From assembly GCA_964617045.1 (NCBI GenBank), contig CAZTVZ010000004.1:15799-79798 (forward strand): 64,000 nt of DNA, given 5' to 3'. Under the pieces are notes generated by a model that ran no database searches, was not told where the DNA came from, and saw only the letters and a program-made list of their open reading frames with translations. This document shows, one piece after another, positions 47,179 to 56,949 of this stretch. The DNA is from an uncultured Gammaproteobacteria bacterium. Lineage in GTDB: Bacteria; Patescibacteriota; Microgenomatia; UBA8517. Within the stretch, counting starts at the first letter, position 1. Each line of letters opens with the position of its first letter. The position numbers were made by a program, and so were the translations under genes.

Positions 47179-48136
47179 CGGAAATTACATTGACCTTATT
47201 ATTCTTCTTATTTTAGGGTATTTTATTATCGAATCCATTAAGCATGGCCTTCTGGTTTTTGTTTCGGATTTGTTATCTTTCGGTATTGCACTGGGGGCTT
47301 CGGTTCTTTTGTTTAAATATCCTGCCGAACTTCTAAAAGCCAATTTTTCTTTACCTGATTCATTTGCCAATGTAATTGGTTTTATTATTCTTGCAGCAAT
47401 AATCGAGATGTCTTTGGGATATATATTTGCCCACATTATTGCCAAGTTGCCCGAGAGGTATTGGAAAAGTTGGGTCAACAGGTTTTTGGGAATAATTCCG
47501 GGATTATTGGAAGGAATGCTTATTGTATTGTTTTTTGCAACTGTTGCTTTAGCGGTTCCTCTTAAGCCCCAGATCCAAAACGACATTGAAGAATCGAAAA
47601 TCGGAGGAATATTTCTAAGGTACGGAGGTTTTATGAACTCTGCCGTTAATAGGGTGTTTGGGGGGGTAATTGAAGATTCGATTACTTATCTCACCGTTAA
47701 GCCTGACAGTGACGAAAGAATTGATATTGAAGTTACAAAATTAAACCTAAAAGAAGATGAAGAATCGGGAAAAATGATGCTAGAGATGATAAATGAAGAA
47801 AGAGCAAAAGAAGGGATTGGTGAGTTGGAATGGTCTGAGGGTTTGGTTGAAGTCGGAGAAGAGCATGCTAAAGATATGTGGGAAAGAAAATATTTTGGAC
47901 ATATTTCACCTGAAGGAAAAAGTGTAAAAGATCGAGTAACCGAAGCAAGAATTGGGTTCTTTTATGTTGGAGAAAATTTGGCACTTGCTCCAACAGTCAA
48001 GATTGCCCATAAAGGCCTAATGGAATCGGAAGGACACAGGGAGAATATTCTGGAAAAAAGATTCAAAAAAGTCGGCATAGGAGTTGTTGATAATGGTAGA
48101 GACGGAAAGATCTTCGTTCAGATATTTACCAATTAA
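47159..48136 (+). CDS. CvpA-like membrane domain fused to a C-terminal CAP (SCP/PR-1-like) domain.
   Basis: N-terminal 4-TM CvpA-like region. C-terminal HAKDMWERKYFGHISPEG ... GENLA ... HRENIL matches the CAP-domain conserved His/Glu motifs. Confidence 0.6.
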   Translation: MPSLSLNGNYIDLIILLILGYFIIESIKHGLLVFVSDLLSFGIALGASVLLFKYPAELLKANFSLPDSFANVIGFIILAAIIEMSLGYIFAHIIAKLPERYWKSWVNRFLGIIPGLLEGMLIVLFFATVALAVPLKPQIQNDIEESKIGGIFLRYGGFMNSAVNRVFGGVIEDSITYLTVKPDSDERIDIEVTKLNLKEDEESGKMMLEMINEERAKEGIGELEWSEGLVEVGEEHAKDMWERKYFGHISPEGKSVKDRVTEARIGFFYVGENLALAPTVKIAHKGLMESEGHRENILEKRFKKVGIGVVDNGRDGKIFVQIFTN

Positions 48137-48152
48137 ATTGCTGTATCATTAA

Positions 48153-48686
48153 TTGATGAGAAAAGAATTTATCTATCATTTTGGTTTTCTTATTGGTTTT
48201 TTGATCCTTACTTCGCTTGTAAAAGGATATGTGAACCTTTCATATTGGCCATATTGGGTCGGTGGTTTGATAGGTACTATTTTGCCTGACTTGGATCATC
48301 TGATATACATTCTATTCTTAAGACCCCATGAATTAACATCGCAAAGAGCAAGCCACTTGATTAACCAGAAGGATTATTTGAACACTCTTCGACTACTTGC
48401 TGTAACAAGATACGAAAGAACCAAAGTTATTTTTCATTCCGCAATGTTTCAAATTATTTTTACTCTTCTTGCAGTCTTAGTAATTACATCATCGGGAAGT
48501 GTGTTGGGAAGGGGAATAGTACTTGGGCTGCTGCTGCACTTATTGATCGATCAGATAGTCGATTTTATTGAAACAAAATCAATTTCAAATTGGTTTAAGG
48601 ATTTTCCAATAAAATTAAATATTAGTGAAAAAGCATATTTAATTATCAATATCGGTATATTTTTATTGTTCTCTTTCGTGTTTTAG
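48153..48686 (+). CDS. Hypothetical polytopic membrane protein.
   Basis: Five hydrophobic segments, with an LPDLDH motif. Confidence 0.4.
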   Translation: MMRKEFIYHFGFLIGFLILTSLVKGYVNLSYWPYWVGGLIGTILPDLDHLIYILFLRPHELTSQRASHLINQKDYLNTLRLLAVTRYERTKVIFHSAMFQIIFTLLAVLVITSSGSVLGRGIVLGLLLHLLIDQIVDFIETKSISNWFKDFPIKLNISEKAYLIINIGIFLLFSFVF

Positions 48687-48728
48687 ATATTGACGAGCTT
48701 TAGCTTTGACAGGTATATTGTAGGTCAT

Positions 48729-49046
48729 ATGGCAACGATAAATGTATCCGACAGTGATTTCTCCGAAAAGGTTTCAAATTCTTCTCTTCCCGTACTTGTT
48801 GATTTTTGGGCACCCTGGTGTGGTCCTTGTAGAATGGCAGAACCGGTTCTCGAAGAACTTTCGGAAACGTATGCGGATAAATTGATTATTGCCAAAGTAA
48901 ATGTCGATGAAAATCAAATACCAGCAAATTATGGTGTAATGTCTATTCCCACAGCAATACTTTTCAAACAAGGAAAAGAAGTTGGAAGGACGGTAGGTTT
49001 TTCAGGCAAACAAGGATTTGAAGATTTAATAAAAGCTAATATTTAA
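48729..49046 (+). CDS. trxA: Thioredoxin.
   Basis: WAPWCGPC active site. 105 aa when read from the ATG at 48729. Confidence 0.9.
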   Translation: MATINVSDSDFSEKVSNSSLPVLVDFWAPWCGPCRMAEPVLEELSETYADKLIIAKVNVDENQIPANYGVMSIPTAILFKQGKEVGRTVGFSGKQGFEDLIKANI

Positions 49047-49067
49047 CAAGAAGGAGGTGAGATTATT

Positions 49068-49343
49068 TTGGATCCAAATCAACAACAAAACCCAATGACA
49101 CCAGTTGACCCAACCCAAGCTCCTGCTATGCCAGTAGCTCCGGTTGAACCAGTTCAACCTGTCGCGGAAATGCCGACACCAGAACCGGCCCAACCAGTAC
49201 AGGAACCAGTTCCACAACCAGCACCAGAGCCACAAGCTCCTGCTATGCCGGAACCGGCACCTGTCGCGGAAATGCCGACACCAGAACCGGCACCAGAGGT
49301 TACACCTGGAGGAGAAACACCTCCACCTGCACCAATAGCATAA
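49068..49343 (+). CDS. Proline-rich repeat protein.
   Basis: Strong SD GAAGGAGGTGA. The protein is PxP-rich, with the repeated unit PVAEMPTPEPA encoded by a 32-nt direct DNA repeat at about 49159 and about 49258. Confidence 0.5.
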   Translation: MDPNQQQNPMTPVDPTQAPAMPVAPVEPVQPVAEMPTPEPAQPVQEPVPQPAPEPQAPAMPEPAPVAEMPTPEPAPEVTPGGETPPPAPIA

Positions 49344-49348
49344 AAGAT

Positions 49349-50317
49349 ATGACAAACACCGAAGTTTTTGCAAAAAAACCTGAGGAAGGCGGAATTTGGG
49401 ACGTGATAATAATAGGATCAGGTCCCGCCGCTTTTTCTGCAGGGGTTTATACCACAAGAGGAGCAGCTTCAACACTAATTCTTGGAGGAGAAAAGTGGGG
49501 AGGTCAATTGATGCTGACTTCAATGGTGGATAATTACATAGGTTTCCCAGAAGGAGTAATGGGGCCAGAACTTATGATTAGGATGAGAAGTCAGGTTGAA
49601 AGATTTGGTGCTGAGTTTGTTGAAAAAAATGTTGTTAAAGTGGATTTTTCTTCAAAGCCGCTTAAGGTGTACACGGACGATAAAGAATATTTGGCAAAAT
49701 CCATAATTGTTGCCACAGGAGCACTGACAAAATGGTTGGGTGTACCTGGAGAAAAAGAATTGGTTGGAAAAGGTGTGTCGACTTGTGCGCCTTGCGATGC
49801 TCCTTTTTTCAAGGAAAAAGTTGTTGCGGTTGTAGGGGGAGGAGATTCTGCCATGGAAGAAGCACACTATTTAACAAAATATGCATCCAAGATATATCTC
49901 ATTCATCGGAGAGACGAATTTAGAGCCGCTCCTGTCATGCAGGCAAAAGTTATCGGCAATCCAAAAGTGGAAATAATGTGGAATACGGAAGTAAAAGAAA
50001 TAATCGGAAAAGACAAGGTTGAAGCTATAAAGGTATTTAATAATAAAGACAATTCCGAAAAAGAAATAACACTAGACGGAGTGTTTGTCGCTGTCGGCCA
50101 CAAACCGGACAGTGATTTATTCTCCGGTATTTTGGAAAGAGATGAGAATGGATACATAGTAAATAAAGATTTTCATCTTAAAACATCGGTTCCTGGTGTT
50201 TTTGTTGCCGGTGATGTTTTTGACAAAGAGTTTAAACAGGCGATTGTGTCGGCTGGTTTGGGTTGCGTTGCTGCGATGCAGGATCTTAAATATCTCGAAG
50301 AAGAATCTAGTAGTTGA
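49349..50317 (+). CDS. trxB: Thioredoxin-disulfide reductase.
   Basis: FAD motif IIIGSGPAAFSAG, the redox-active CAPCD (in place of CATCD), and NADPH motif VVGGGDSAMEEA. Confidence 0.9.
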   Translation: MTNTEVFAKKPEEGGIWDVIIIGSGPAAFSAGVYTTRGAASTLILGGEKWGGQLMLTSMVDNYIGFPEGVMGPELMIRMRSQVERFGAEFVEKNVVKVDFSSKPLKVYTDDKEYLAKSIIVATGALTKWLGVPGEKELVGKGVSTCAPCDAPFFKEKVVAVVGGGDSAMEEAHYLTKYASKIYLIHRRDEFRAAPVMQAKVIGNPKVEIMWNTEVKEIIGKDKVEAIKVFNNKDNSEKEITLDGVFVAVGHKPDSDLFSGILERDENGYIVNKDFHLKTSVPGVFVAGDVFDKEFKQAIVSAGLGCVAAMQDLKYLEEESSS

Positions 50318-50349
50318 CATTAATATCTTTTTTTAAGAAAATTACCTCC

Positions 50350-51120
50350 ATGTCAGAAGGATTAAAGACTTCTACGCTTCAAAGACTAACATCTGTCTTG
50401 TTTCTTCTTGTTGCTCTTCTTGGTATCGCAGTAGGACTTCTCTGGAAGAAAGTAACAACAATGGAAGACGGGGGAGTAAATGTAACAGCACAAACAGCAG
50501 AACTTCTTTCTGTAGATAGTCTTAAAAAATATGCCAAGGAATTGAAATTGAATACAAAACAATTCAATGCATGTCTCGATAGTGGTGACTTTGCTCAAAG
50601 AGTGGGGGACGAGTTTGCAGAAGGCTCGGCTTTCGGAGTAACCGGCACTCCGGGATTTTTCGTCGGCAATGCATATATAGCAGGTGCATATCCATACGAA
50701 TGGTTCCAAAAAGTAATAGATTTCCAACTTAACGGGGGAGATTGGAAAAGACCTACCGAAGATGTAAAAATTTTGGTTGATAAAGATGAAACCAATGGGG
50801 AAATAATTCTTTTGGACAAAGTACCAGAAGTAGGATCGGCTCCAATTATTGGATCAGGTGATGCAAAACTTACAATAATTGAATACTCTGATTTTGAATG
50901 CCCTTTTTGTGCCAGATTCCACCAAGATACATGGCCTTTACTAAAACAAAATTACATTGATTCTGGAAAAGTAAAATTTGCATATAAACAGTATCCTTTG
51001 AATTTCCATCCAGCTGCACAAAAACTTGCAGAGGCATCTCTTTGTGCCAACGAACAAGGCAAATTCTGGGAAATGTATGACAAAATTTTTGAGGCTTCCT
51101 CGAAGGTTTCAGCTCAATAG
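50350..51120 (+). CDS. Membrane-anchored DsbA-like thiol:disulfide oxidoreductase.
   Basis: N-terminal TM helix, then the thioredoxin-fold CxxC FECPFCARFH. An alternative TTG start at 50314 is possible. Confidence 0.75.
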   Translation: MSEGLKTSTLQRLTSVLFLLVALLGIAVGLLWKKVTTMEDGGVNVTAQTAELLSVDSLKKYAKELKLNTKQFNACLDSGDFAQRVGDEFAEGSAFGVTGTPGFFVGNAYIAGAYPYEWFQKVIDFQLNGGDWKRPTEDVKILVDKDETNGEIILLDKVPEVGSAPIIGSGDAKLTIIEYSDFECPFCARFHQDTWPLLKQNYIDSGKVKFAYKQYPLNFHPAAQKLAEASLCANEQGKFWEMYDKIFEASSKVSAQ

Positions 51121-51121
51121 G

Positions 51122-51649
51122 TTATTTCAAAAACTCCAATATTTTATAGGTAATAACTGCGATTGACCCCCACACATTAAAAGATTTATTTACTCCGTAC
51201 ATGGGAAGTTCAACGATGACATCGCATTGATCGAGTACTTCTTCGGGCATGCCTCCTGTTTCGCATCCTGCAACAACTGCACAGGGAAAATCCGGTTTAA
51301 AATCTTTCCATGAAATTGATTTAGGGGATTGTTCAACTGCAACTATTTGAATACCCTTTGCTTTCAATTCCCTTATCGTTTCTAGGGTTGAATCCTTTTT
51401 CTCCCATGGTACCCATTCTTCAGTTCCTACCGCAGCCTTGTGAATACGAGATGAAGGAGGATACTCCATTTCTCCGCAAAGATATATCTTTTCAACACCT
51501 GTTGCATCGGCGAGCCTAAAAAGAGAGCCGATATTGTAGGTATCAATTATTCTATCCAACACAAAATACACCGGATTTCTTTTAATACTTTTTAATTCTT
51601 CCGGTGTTGGTTTGGTAGTTCTTAAGTCGTGTGATCCTAATTTAATCAT
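51122..51649 (-). CDS. SpoU-family RNA 2'-O-methyltransferase (TrmH/RlmB-like).
   Basis: SpoU motifs IGSLFRLADATGVEKIYL and the C-terminal SFNVWGSIAVITY. Start placed at the ATG at 51649 so it does not overlap the tRNA. Confidence 0.8.
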   Translation of the reverse strand: MIKLGSHDLRTTKPTPEELKSIKRNPVYFVLDRIIDTYNIGSLFRLADATGVEKIYLCGEMEYPPSSRIHKAAVGTEEWVPWEKKDSTLETIRELKAKGIQIVAVEQSPKSISWKDFKPDFPCAVVAGCETGGMPEEVLDQCDVIVELPMYGVNKSFNVWGSIAVITYKILEFLK

Positions 51650-51723
51650 TGGCTGCGGGACCTGGATTCGAACCAGAATACCAGCCTCCAAAGGGCCGTG
51701 TCCTACCGTTAGACGATCCCGCA
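51650..51723 (-). tRNA. tRNA-Gln (anticodon UUG), with encoded CCA.
   Basis: Minus-strand manual fold: U1-A72 acceptor stem TGCGGGA/TCCCGCA, anticodon stem CGGCC/GGCTG with loop CTTTGGA, T-loop TTCGAAT, and a 3' GCCA. Confidence 0.7.
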
Positions 51724-51822
51724 ATATATCGGAAGCGTGCTTATTTTATCAAATTTAATTACTTTTTTACACAACAGGGGAAACAAGGGGCGTAGGAGTA
51801 CTCTCTCAAGGGGAGGAATATA

Positions 51823-52035
51823 TTAAGGCGTTCTCCTTCTCTCCCTTTTTACCGGTTTAACCATTGATAAATCTGTTGCCTTAGGCTCAAACTTGCTTAC
51901 CGAACTGTGTCCGTAAACATCCGTCAATCTAGACATAATTTTTTCGGTTGGTTCGGCTGTAGGTTCAACATATTTTGCTCCGGTATTTTCCATAATTTGT
52001 CTTACCATTCCTTGAATTTCTCTTTCTGGAAGCAT
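51823..52035 (-). CDS. Small hypothetical protein (70 aa).
   Basis: Perfect SD AAAGGAGGTGA 6 nt upstream of the ATG. Charged composition, no motif. Confidence 0.5.
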   Translation of the reverse strand: MLPEREIQGMVRQIMENTGAKYVEPTAEPTEKIMSRLTDVYGHSSVSKFEPKATDLSMVKPVKRERRRTP

Positions 52036-52058
52036 TACAAGTCACCTCCTTTCTGCAT

Positions 52059-52083
52059 AAAAAAAGAGACCCATCGGGGTCTC
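52059..52083 (-). terminator. Rho-independent terminator downstream of the tRNA-Lys/Glu cluster.
   Basis: Minus-strand hairpin GAGACCC-CGAT-GGGTCTC followed by a U7 run. Confidence 0.55.
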
Positions 52084-52174
52084 CCTAGAAAAAGGCAGGC
52101 TAGCCTTGTTAGTGATGTAATCAGTACATCCTATATTATCAGACTTAGGGATATAACGTCAAGAGGAATCTTTG

Positions 52175-52246
52175 TGAGCCCAGAAGGATTCGAACCTTCA
52201 ACTTACTCCTTAAAAGGGAGTCACTCTGCCGTTGAGTTATGGGCCC
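52175..52246 (-). tRNA. tRNA-Lys (anticodon UUU).
   Basis: Minus-strand manual fold: acceptor stem GGGCCCA/TGGGCTC, anticodon stem ACTCC/GGAGT with loop CTTTTAA, and T-arm GAAGG-TTCGAAT-CCTTC. Confidence 0.75.
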
Positions 52247-52258
52247 TTATCGACCGTG

Positions 52259-52331
52259 TGACCCCACTGGGATTCGAACCCAGGTTACAAGGCTGAAAAC
52301 CTCGTGTCCTAGGCCACTAGACGATGGGGCC
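52259..52331 (-). tRNA. tRNA-Glu (anticodon UUC).
   Basis: Minus-strand manual fold: acceptor stem GGCCCCA/TGGGGTC, D-arm TCTAGTGGCCTAGGA typical of tRNA-Glu, anticodon stem CGAGG/CCTTG with loop TTTTCAG. Confidence 0.75.
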
Positions 52332-52421
52332 ACGAAAAATTAAAGACCTAGGTAACGCAAGTAGCTATTTTACCATTTTCGATTCCCAAAAAACAACCAA
52401 AGTGGGGTATTATTGGAATAG

Positions 52422-54290
52422 ATGAAAAAAACCGTGGCTATTTTTGCTTCAATATTGTCATTTTTGTTTGTCTTTGTACCGGTTTCGCATGCCGAGAAGG
52501 ACTATAACATCGACTCTGCGTATCTGGAGTATTCAATCAATCGGGACGGTTCGGCAAGCGTTTTGGAGAGAAGAGTCTATGATTTTGACGGCAGTTTCTC
52601 TTGGGCTGAGCAATACATTGAGCTTTCTCCATCCTGTGATCGGGGAGAACCATGCGAACCATACAAATTATCCAATATTTCGATTGCCGAAGGAGAGAAA
52701 ACATACACATTATCCGATTCCGGATTACCGTACACCTATGAGCTGGAAGAATCTTCGGATAGGGTGTACCTTAAGTGGCATTACAAAGCTTTAAACGAAG
52801 TAAAGACTTTCGATTTAAGATATACCATCGATAACGCGGTTACCAACCATCAAGATGTCTCGGAATTCTACTGGAAAATGATTGGTTCGGATTGGGATAA
52901 AGGAATTTCCGATGTTTTTGCAACAATAACACTTCCTTATCCCGTAACCGACGGAAATATTTGGGCTTACGGACATGGGCCTTTAAATGGGGAAGTCAGT
53001 ATTCTTTCTGAAACGGACATCTCTTATTCTGTAAAGAATCTCCCTTCAGGAAAAATGGCCGAGGCTAGGATTGTATTTCCAAAAAATGAATCTTTTGTTA
53101 CAGGAAGATCGGGAACCAAAACTTTGGATGAAATCCTGCAACAAGAAAAAGGTTATGGAGACAGAACAAGGGCAGCCCAACTTGCCGTACCGATTATTAT
53201 TTTTCTTCTTTGTTTGTTCCCCATATGGAGAGCGGTCAGGGTGTTTATGAAATGGCTTAAGTACGGCAAAGACAACAAGGTTCCGGAGATAAACTTGTCA
53301 GGAACATTACATGAACCGCCGTCCGATTTGGAACCGGCGTTGGTTGAATCTTTGCTTTCCGGTATTCCGACGGGAAAATCTATTGTGGCAACAATATTGG
53401 AACTTGCCCGTAGAAAAATATTAGCAATCGAATATGAGAAGCAAGGCAAAAAGACTCTTTTTGGTGCCAAAGAAGAATATTTCCTGATTCTCAAAAAGAC
53501 CGATTCAAAAGGTCTTTCTTCCAGGGAGAAGCAATTAATTGACTTTCTCTTTTCCTCTTCAGAAAAAATCAGTTTTAGCGAGGTAAAAGAACTACCCAGG
53601 CAAAAACCCACAAAAGCAAATACTTTTTGGAAAGAATGGAGGGATGATACCTCCAAAGAATTTGTTGATTTGGGCTTTTTCGATAAAGAATCTTACGATA
53701 TGTCCAACAAGTCCAAATTGGATTTGTTTTTGGTGCTAACCTTCGGTTTTATCTATATTTTTGTTCTTCCCGGAACAAGTTTGATTGGTGGAACAACGGG
53801 GTTGGCAGTATGGGCGATTATGCTTCCTATTGTGATTGTTTCAGCTATTTCGATTATTGTTTTCAGTTCGCTTATGAACAAAAAAACTGAAAAAGGGAAT
53901 AGAGAATATGCCGGGTGGTTGGCTTTCAAAAAATGGTTAAAAGATTATTCCGTAACCAAGAACTACTCAATCGACTCGGTTATCCTTTGGGAAAAATACT
54001 TGGTCTACGGTGCGGCGCTGGGCATTTCTTTAAAAGCCCTATCCCAACTTCCAATAAAATTTGGAGAGGCATATAAACATTCCGGTCTTTATGTAATCGG
54101 ATACCCTACAGGAAGTTTTGACGGAGGTTCTTTGGGAAATCTCGGAAGTTCTTTTGCAGGTTTAGAATCAAGTCTTTCGGGATTGTCGTCGAGTTTTGGA
54201 TCATATGGAGCACATGGGGTAGGATCTTCCGGAGGATTTTCCGGAGGAGGTGGCGGAGGAGGTGGAGGTGGCGGAGGAGGTGCCGGATAG
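52422..54290 (+). CDS. DUF2207-family membrane protein with a C-terminal poly-glycine tail.
   Basis: A signal peptide, a large extracytoplasmic N-domain, internal TM helices, and a C-terminus ending in about 20 consecutive Gly (GGFSGGGGGGGGGGGGGAG), which is characteristic of DUF2207 proteins. Confidence 0.6.
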   Translation: MKKTVAIFASILSFLFVFVPVSHAEKDYNIDSAYLEYSINRDGSASVLERRVYDFDGSFSWAEQYIELSPSCDRGEPCEPYKLSNISIAEGEKTYTLSDSGLPYTYELEESSDRVYLKWHYKALNEVKTFDLRYTIDNAVTNHQDVSEFYWKMIGSDWDKGISDVFATITLPYPVTDGNIWAYGHGPLNGEVSILSETDISYSVKNLPSGKMAEARIVFPKNESFVTGRSGTKTLDEILQQEKGYGDRTRAAQLAVPIIIFLLCLFPIWRAVRVFMKWLKYGKDNKVPEINLSGTLHEPPSDLEPALVESLLSGIPTGKSIVATILELARRKILAIEYEKQGKKTLFGAKEEYFLILKKTDSKGLSSREKQLIDFLFSSSEKISFSEVKELPRQKPTKANTFWKEWRDDTSKEFVDLGFFDKESYDMSNKSKLDLFLVLTFGFIYIFVLPGTSLIGGTTGLAVWAIMLPIVIVSAISIIVFSSLMNKKTEKGNREYAGWLAFKKWLKDYSVTKNYSIDSVILWEKYLVYGAALGISLKALSQLPIKFGEAYKHSGLYVIGYPTGSFDGGSLGNLGSSFAGLESSLSGLSSSFGSYGAHGVGSSGGFSGGGGGGGGGGGGGAG

Positions 54291-54294
54291 TCTA

Positions 54295-54663
54295 TAATTT
54301 CCGTGCACCTTAAAAGGGGCATTCGCGGAAAGCAATTTATGGTTGTTTCCCGGGGTTGCTTCAAAAATACCACCGGATGTTACAAGCTCGGGAGAATCCT
54401 CAATGCGTCGAAGAGTCCCGCCGGCCTCTCAGTAAAGGATAGTCAATGGCGACTATCGCCTCCAATGAGTTGTATACAGCCCAAGAAAGGAACGATCAAG
54501 GTTGTTGCCGCAAGACCCTTTAGGGGTTTACTTGGTACTGTATAGCCTGTGCATCAAGAAAACATCGGAACAAGTTTATCCGGTAGCAAAGTTATTAGGT
54601 GATCCCACCCAAAAGACCCGCAGGTTATATGCGAAATTCGTGTATATCTGCGGGTATTTTATT
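54295..54663 (+). ncRNA. Candidate structured non-coding RNA (unidentified): GC-rich, free of credible ORFs, ending at an intrinsic terminator.
   Basis: An intergenic stretch of about 370 nt with local GC around 50% against a background around 38%, and many short GC hairpins. The ORFs in it (80 and 61 aa) have no SD and an Arg/Gly/Cys-rich composition. It ends at the hairpin CCCGCAG...CTGCGGG plus a U-run at 54617-54663. Confidence 0.35.
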
Positions 54664-54696
54664 GACATATCTGTGCCTGTTAACTAATATTAATAT

Positions 54697-54933
54697 ATGT
54701 TTGGTTGGGGATATCCGAGATTTGAAGGTTTTTTGGGTGTAATGTTTATGCCTTTTGTCATAATCATTGCTCTTTGGGATCTGTTTTGGAAGGCAAAAGG
54801 GATGTGGAAAGCGGCCAAGCACGATTCTCTGGGATGGTTTATAGCCTTGATGATTTTTAACACGGCCGGAATTTTACCGATTCTTTATCTCTATGTTTTC
54901 TCCAAAGACTCAAAGGCCAAAAAGAAGAAATAA
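54697..54933 (+). CDS. PLDc_N-domain small membrane protein.
   Basis: 78 aa, two TM helices with ALWDLFWK...W......GILPILYLY, matching the PLD-nuclease N-terminal (PF13396-like) pattern. Confidence 0.55.
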   Translation: MFGWGYPRFEGFLGVMFMPFVIIIALWDLFWKAKGMWKAAKHDSLGWFIALMIFNTAGILPILYLYVFSKDSKAKKKK

Positions 54934-54948
54934 GCACTTTTGGCTTGG

Positions 54949-54976
54949 TTGACAAATACTCCCGTTTTGATATAAT
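54949..54976 (+). promoter_or_regulatory. Near-consensus sigma70 promoter TTGACA-16-TATAAT (candidate rRNA promoter).
   Basis: TTGACA at 54949-54954 and TATAAT at 54971-54976, about 210 nt upstream of the mature 16S 5' end. Confidence 0.6.
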
Positions 54977-55030
54977 TTCTTTCGCACGATGAGAACCTAA
55001 TTTACAGGTGGCCGAATAGGCAGTTTACAA

Positions 55031-55050
55031 CCGCCTCCTGGCGGTTTTTT
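55031..55050 (+). terminator. Terminator-like hairpin in the 16S leader (possible attenuator, or the 3' end of a short RNA).
   Basis: CCGCC-TCCT-GGCGG followed by TTTTTT, about 50 nt downstream of the predicted transcription start. Confidence 0.4.
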
Positions 55051-55185
55051 CTTTCTCAGGGGTGCGAGGTTAACTTCCCTTCAGGGTAACAACTTCATAA
55101 TTTGAACCTTAACAATCGAGATGTGACTGGGAATGTATAAAGACGTGCATAGACAATCGTCAAATGTCTATCACCGTCACTTTTT

Positions 55186-56644
<1,459 letters not shown>

Positions 56645-56787
56645 AAGGAGTATCAACACGGGTTTTGCATATTCGTATTTCGGATATGTAAAAAAAGTTT
56701 GTACACCCCCTTTTTAAGACCGTAGTTTTGAGGGTTTCAAAACAGGCGCCGTTCACAGTCACATCTCGAAGGTTAAGGTAAAAAAAT

Positions 56788-56812
56788 ACCCGCACTAAAA
56801 TGCGGGTTTTTT
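56788..56812 (+). terminator. Rho-independent terminator after the 16S rRNA.
   Basis: ACCCGCA-CTAAAA-TGCGGGT followed by TTTTTT. Confidence 0.7.
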
Positions 56813-56886
56813 GATGGGAAAATAACGAGGGAATAAATTGAAGAAAGAAAGAAGAATTTATTACAACGAGAGAAAAGATTTAAGTA

Positions 56887-56932
56887 GGGGACGCTAGTCA
56901 CCAATGATTAGATGAAAGCGTCCCCACTTTTT
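56887..56932. terminator. Second hairpin terminator between the 16S and the convergent minus-strand gene (possibly bidirectional).
   Basis: GGGGACGCT-(21 nt)-AGCGTCCCC followed by ACTTTTT on the + strand. It lies 18 nt beyond the stop of the minus-strand gene that ends at 56950. Confidence 0.5.
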
Positions 56933-56949
56933 AATTGTTTACAACCTGA

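Noticed and set aside
51650-51724. The SpoU methyltransferase ORF extended to 51724.
   Set aside because: The extension overlaps the tRNA-Gln gene. The internal ATG at 51649 gives a normal-length SpoU protein that abuts the tRNA.
51907-52296. 129-aa + strand ORF spanning the tRNA-Lys/Glu region.
   Set aside because: It lies entirely over two well-folded minus-strand tRNA genes and an intergenic terminator, so I treat it as a spurious reading frame.
54303-54687. 80-aa and 61-aa ORFs inside the GC-rich intergenic region.
   Set aside because: They have no SD and an Arg/Gly/Cys-rich low-complexity translation. They are better explained as frames through a structured non-coding region.
54291-54696. 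Identification of the GC-rich region as tmRNA or RNase P RNA.
   Set aside because: The 5' GGGGC is tmRNA-like, but there is no tRNA-like 3' end (no GGTTCGA...CCA). Only a degenerate P4-like GAAGAGUCC is present, and no CR-II/CR-V consensus. That is insufficient to name it.
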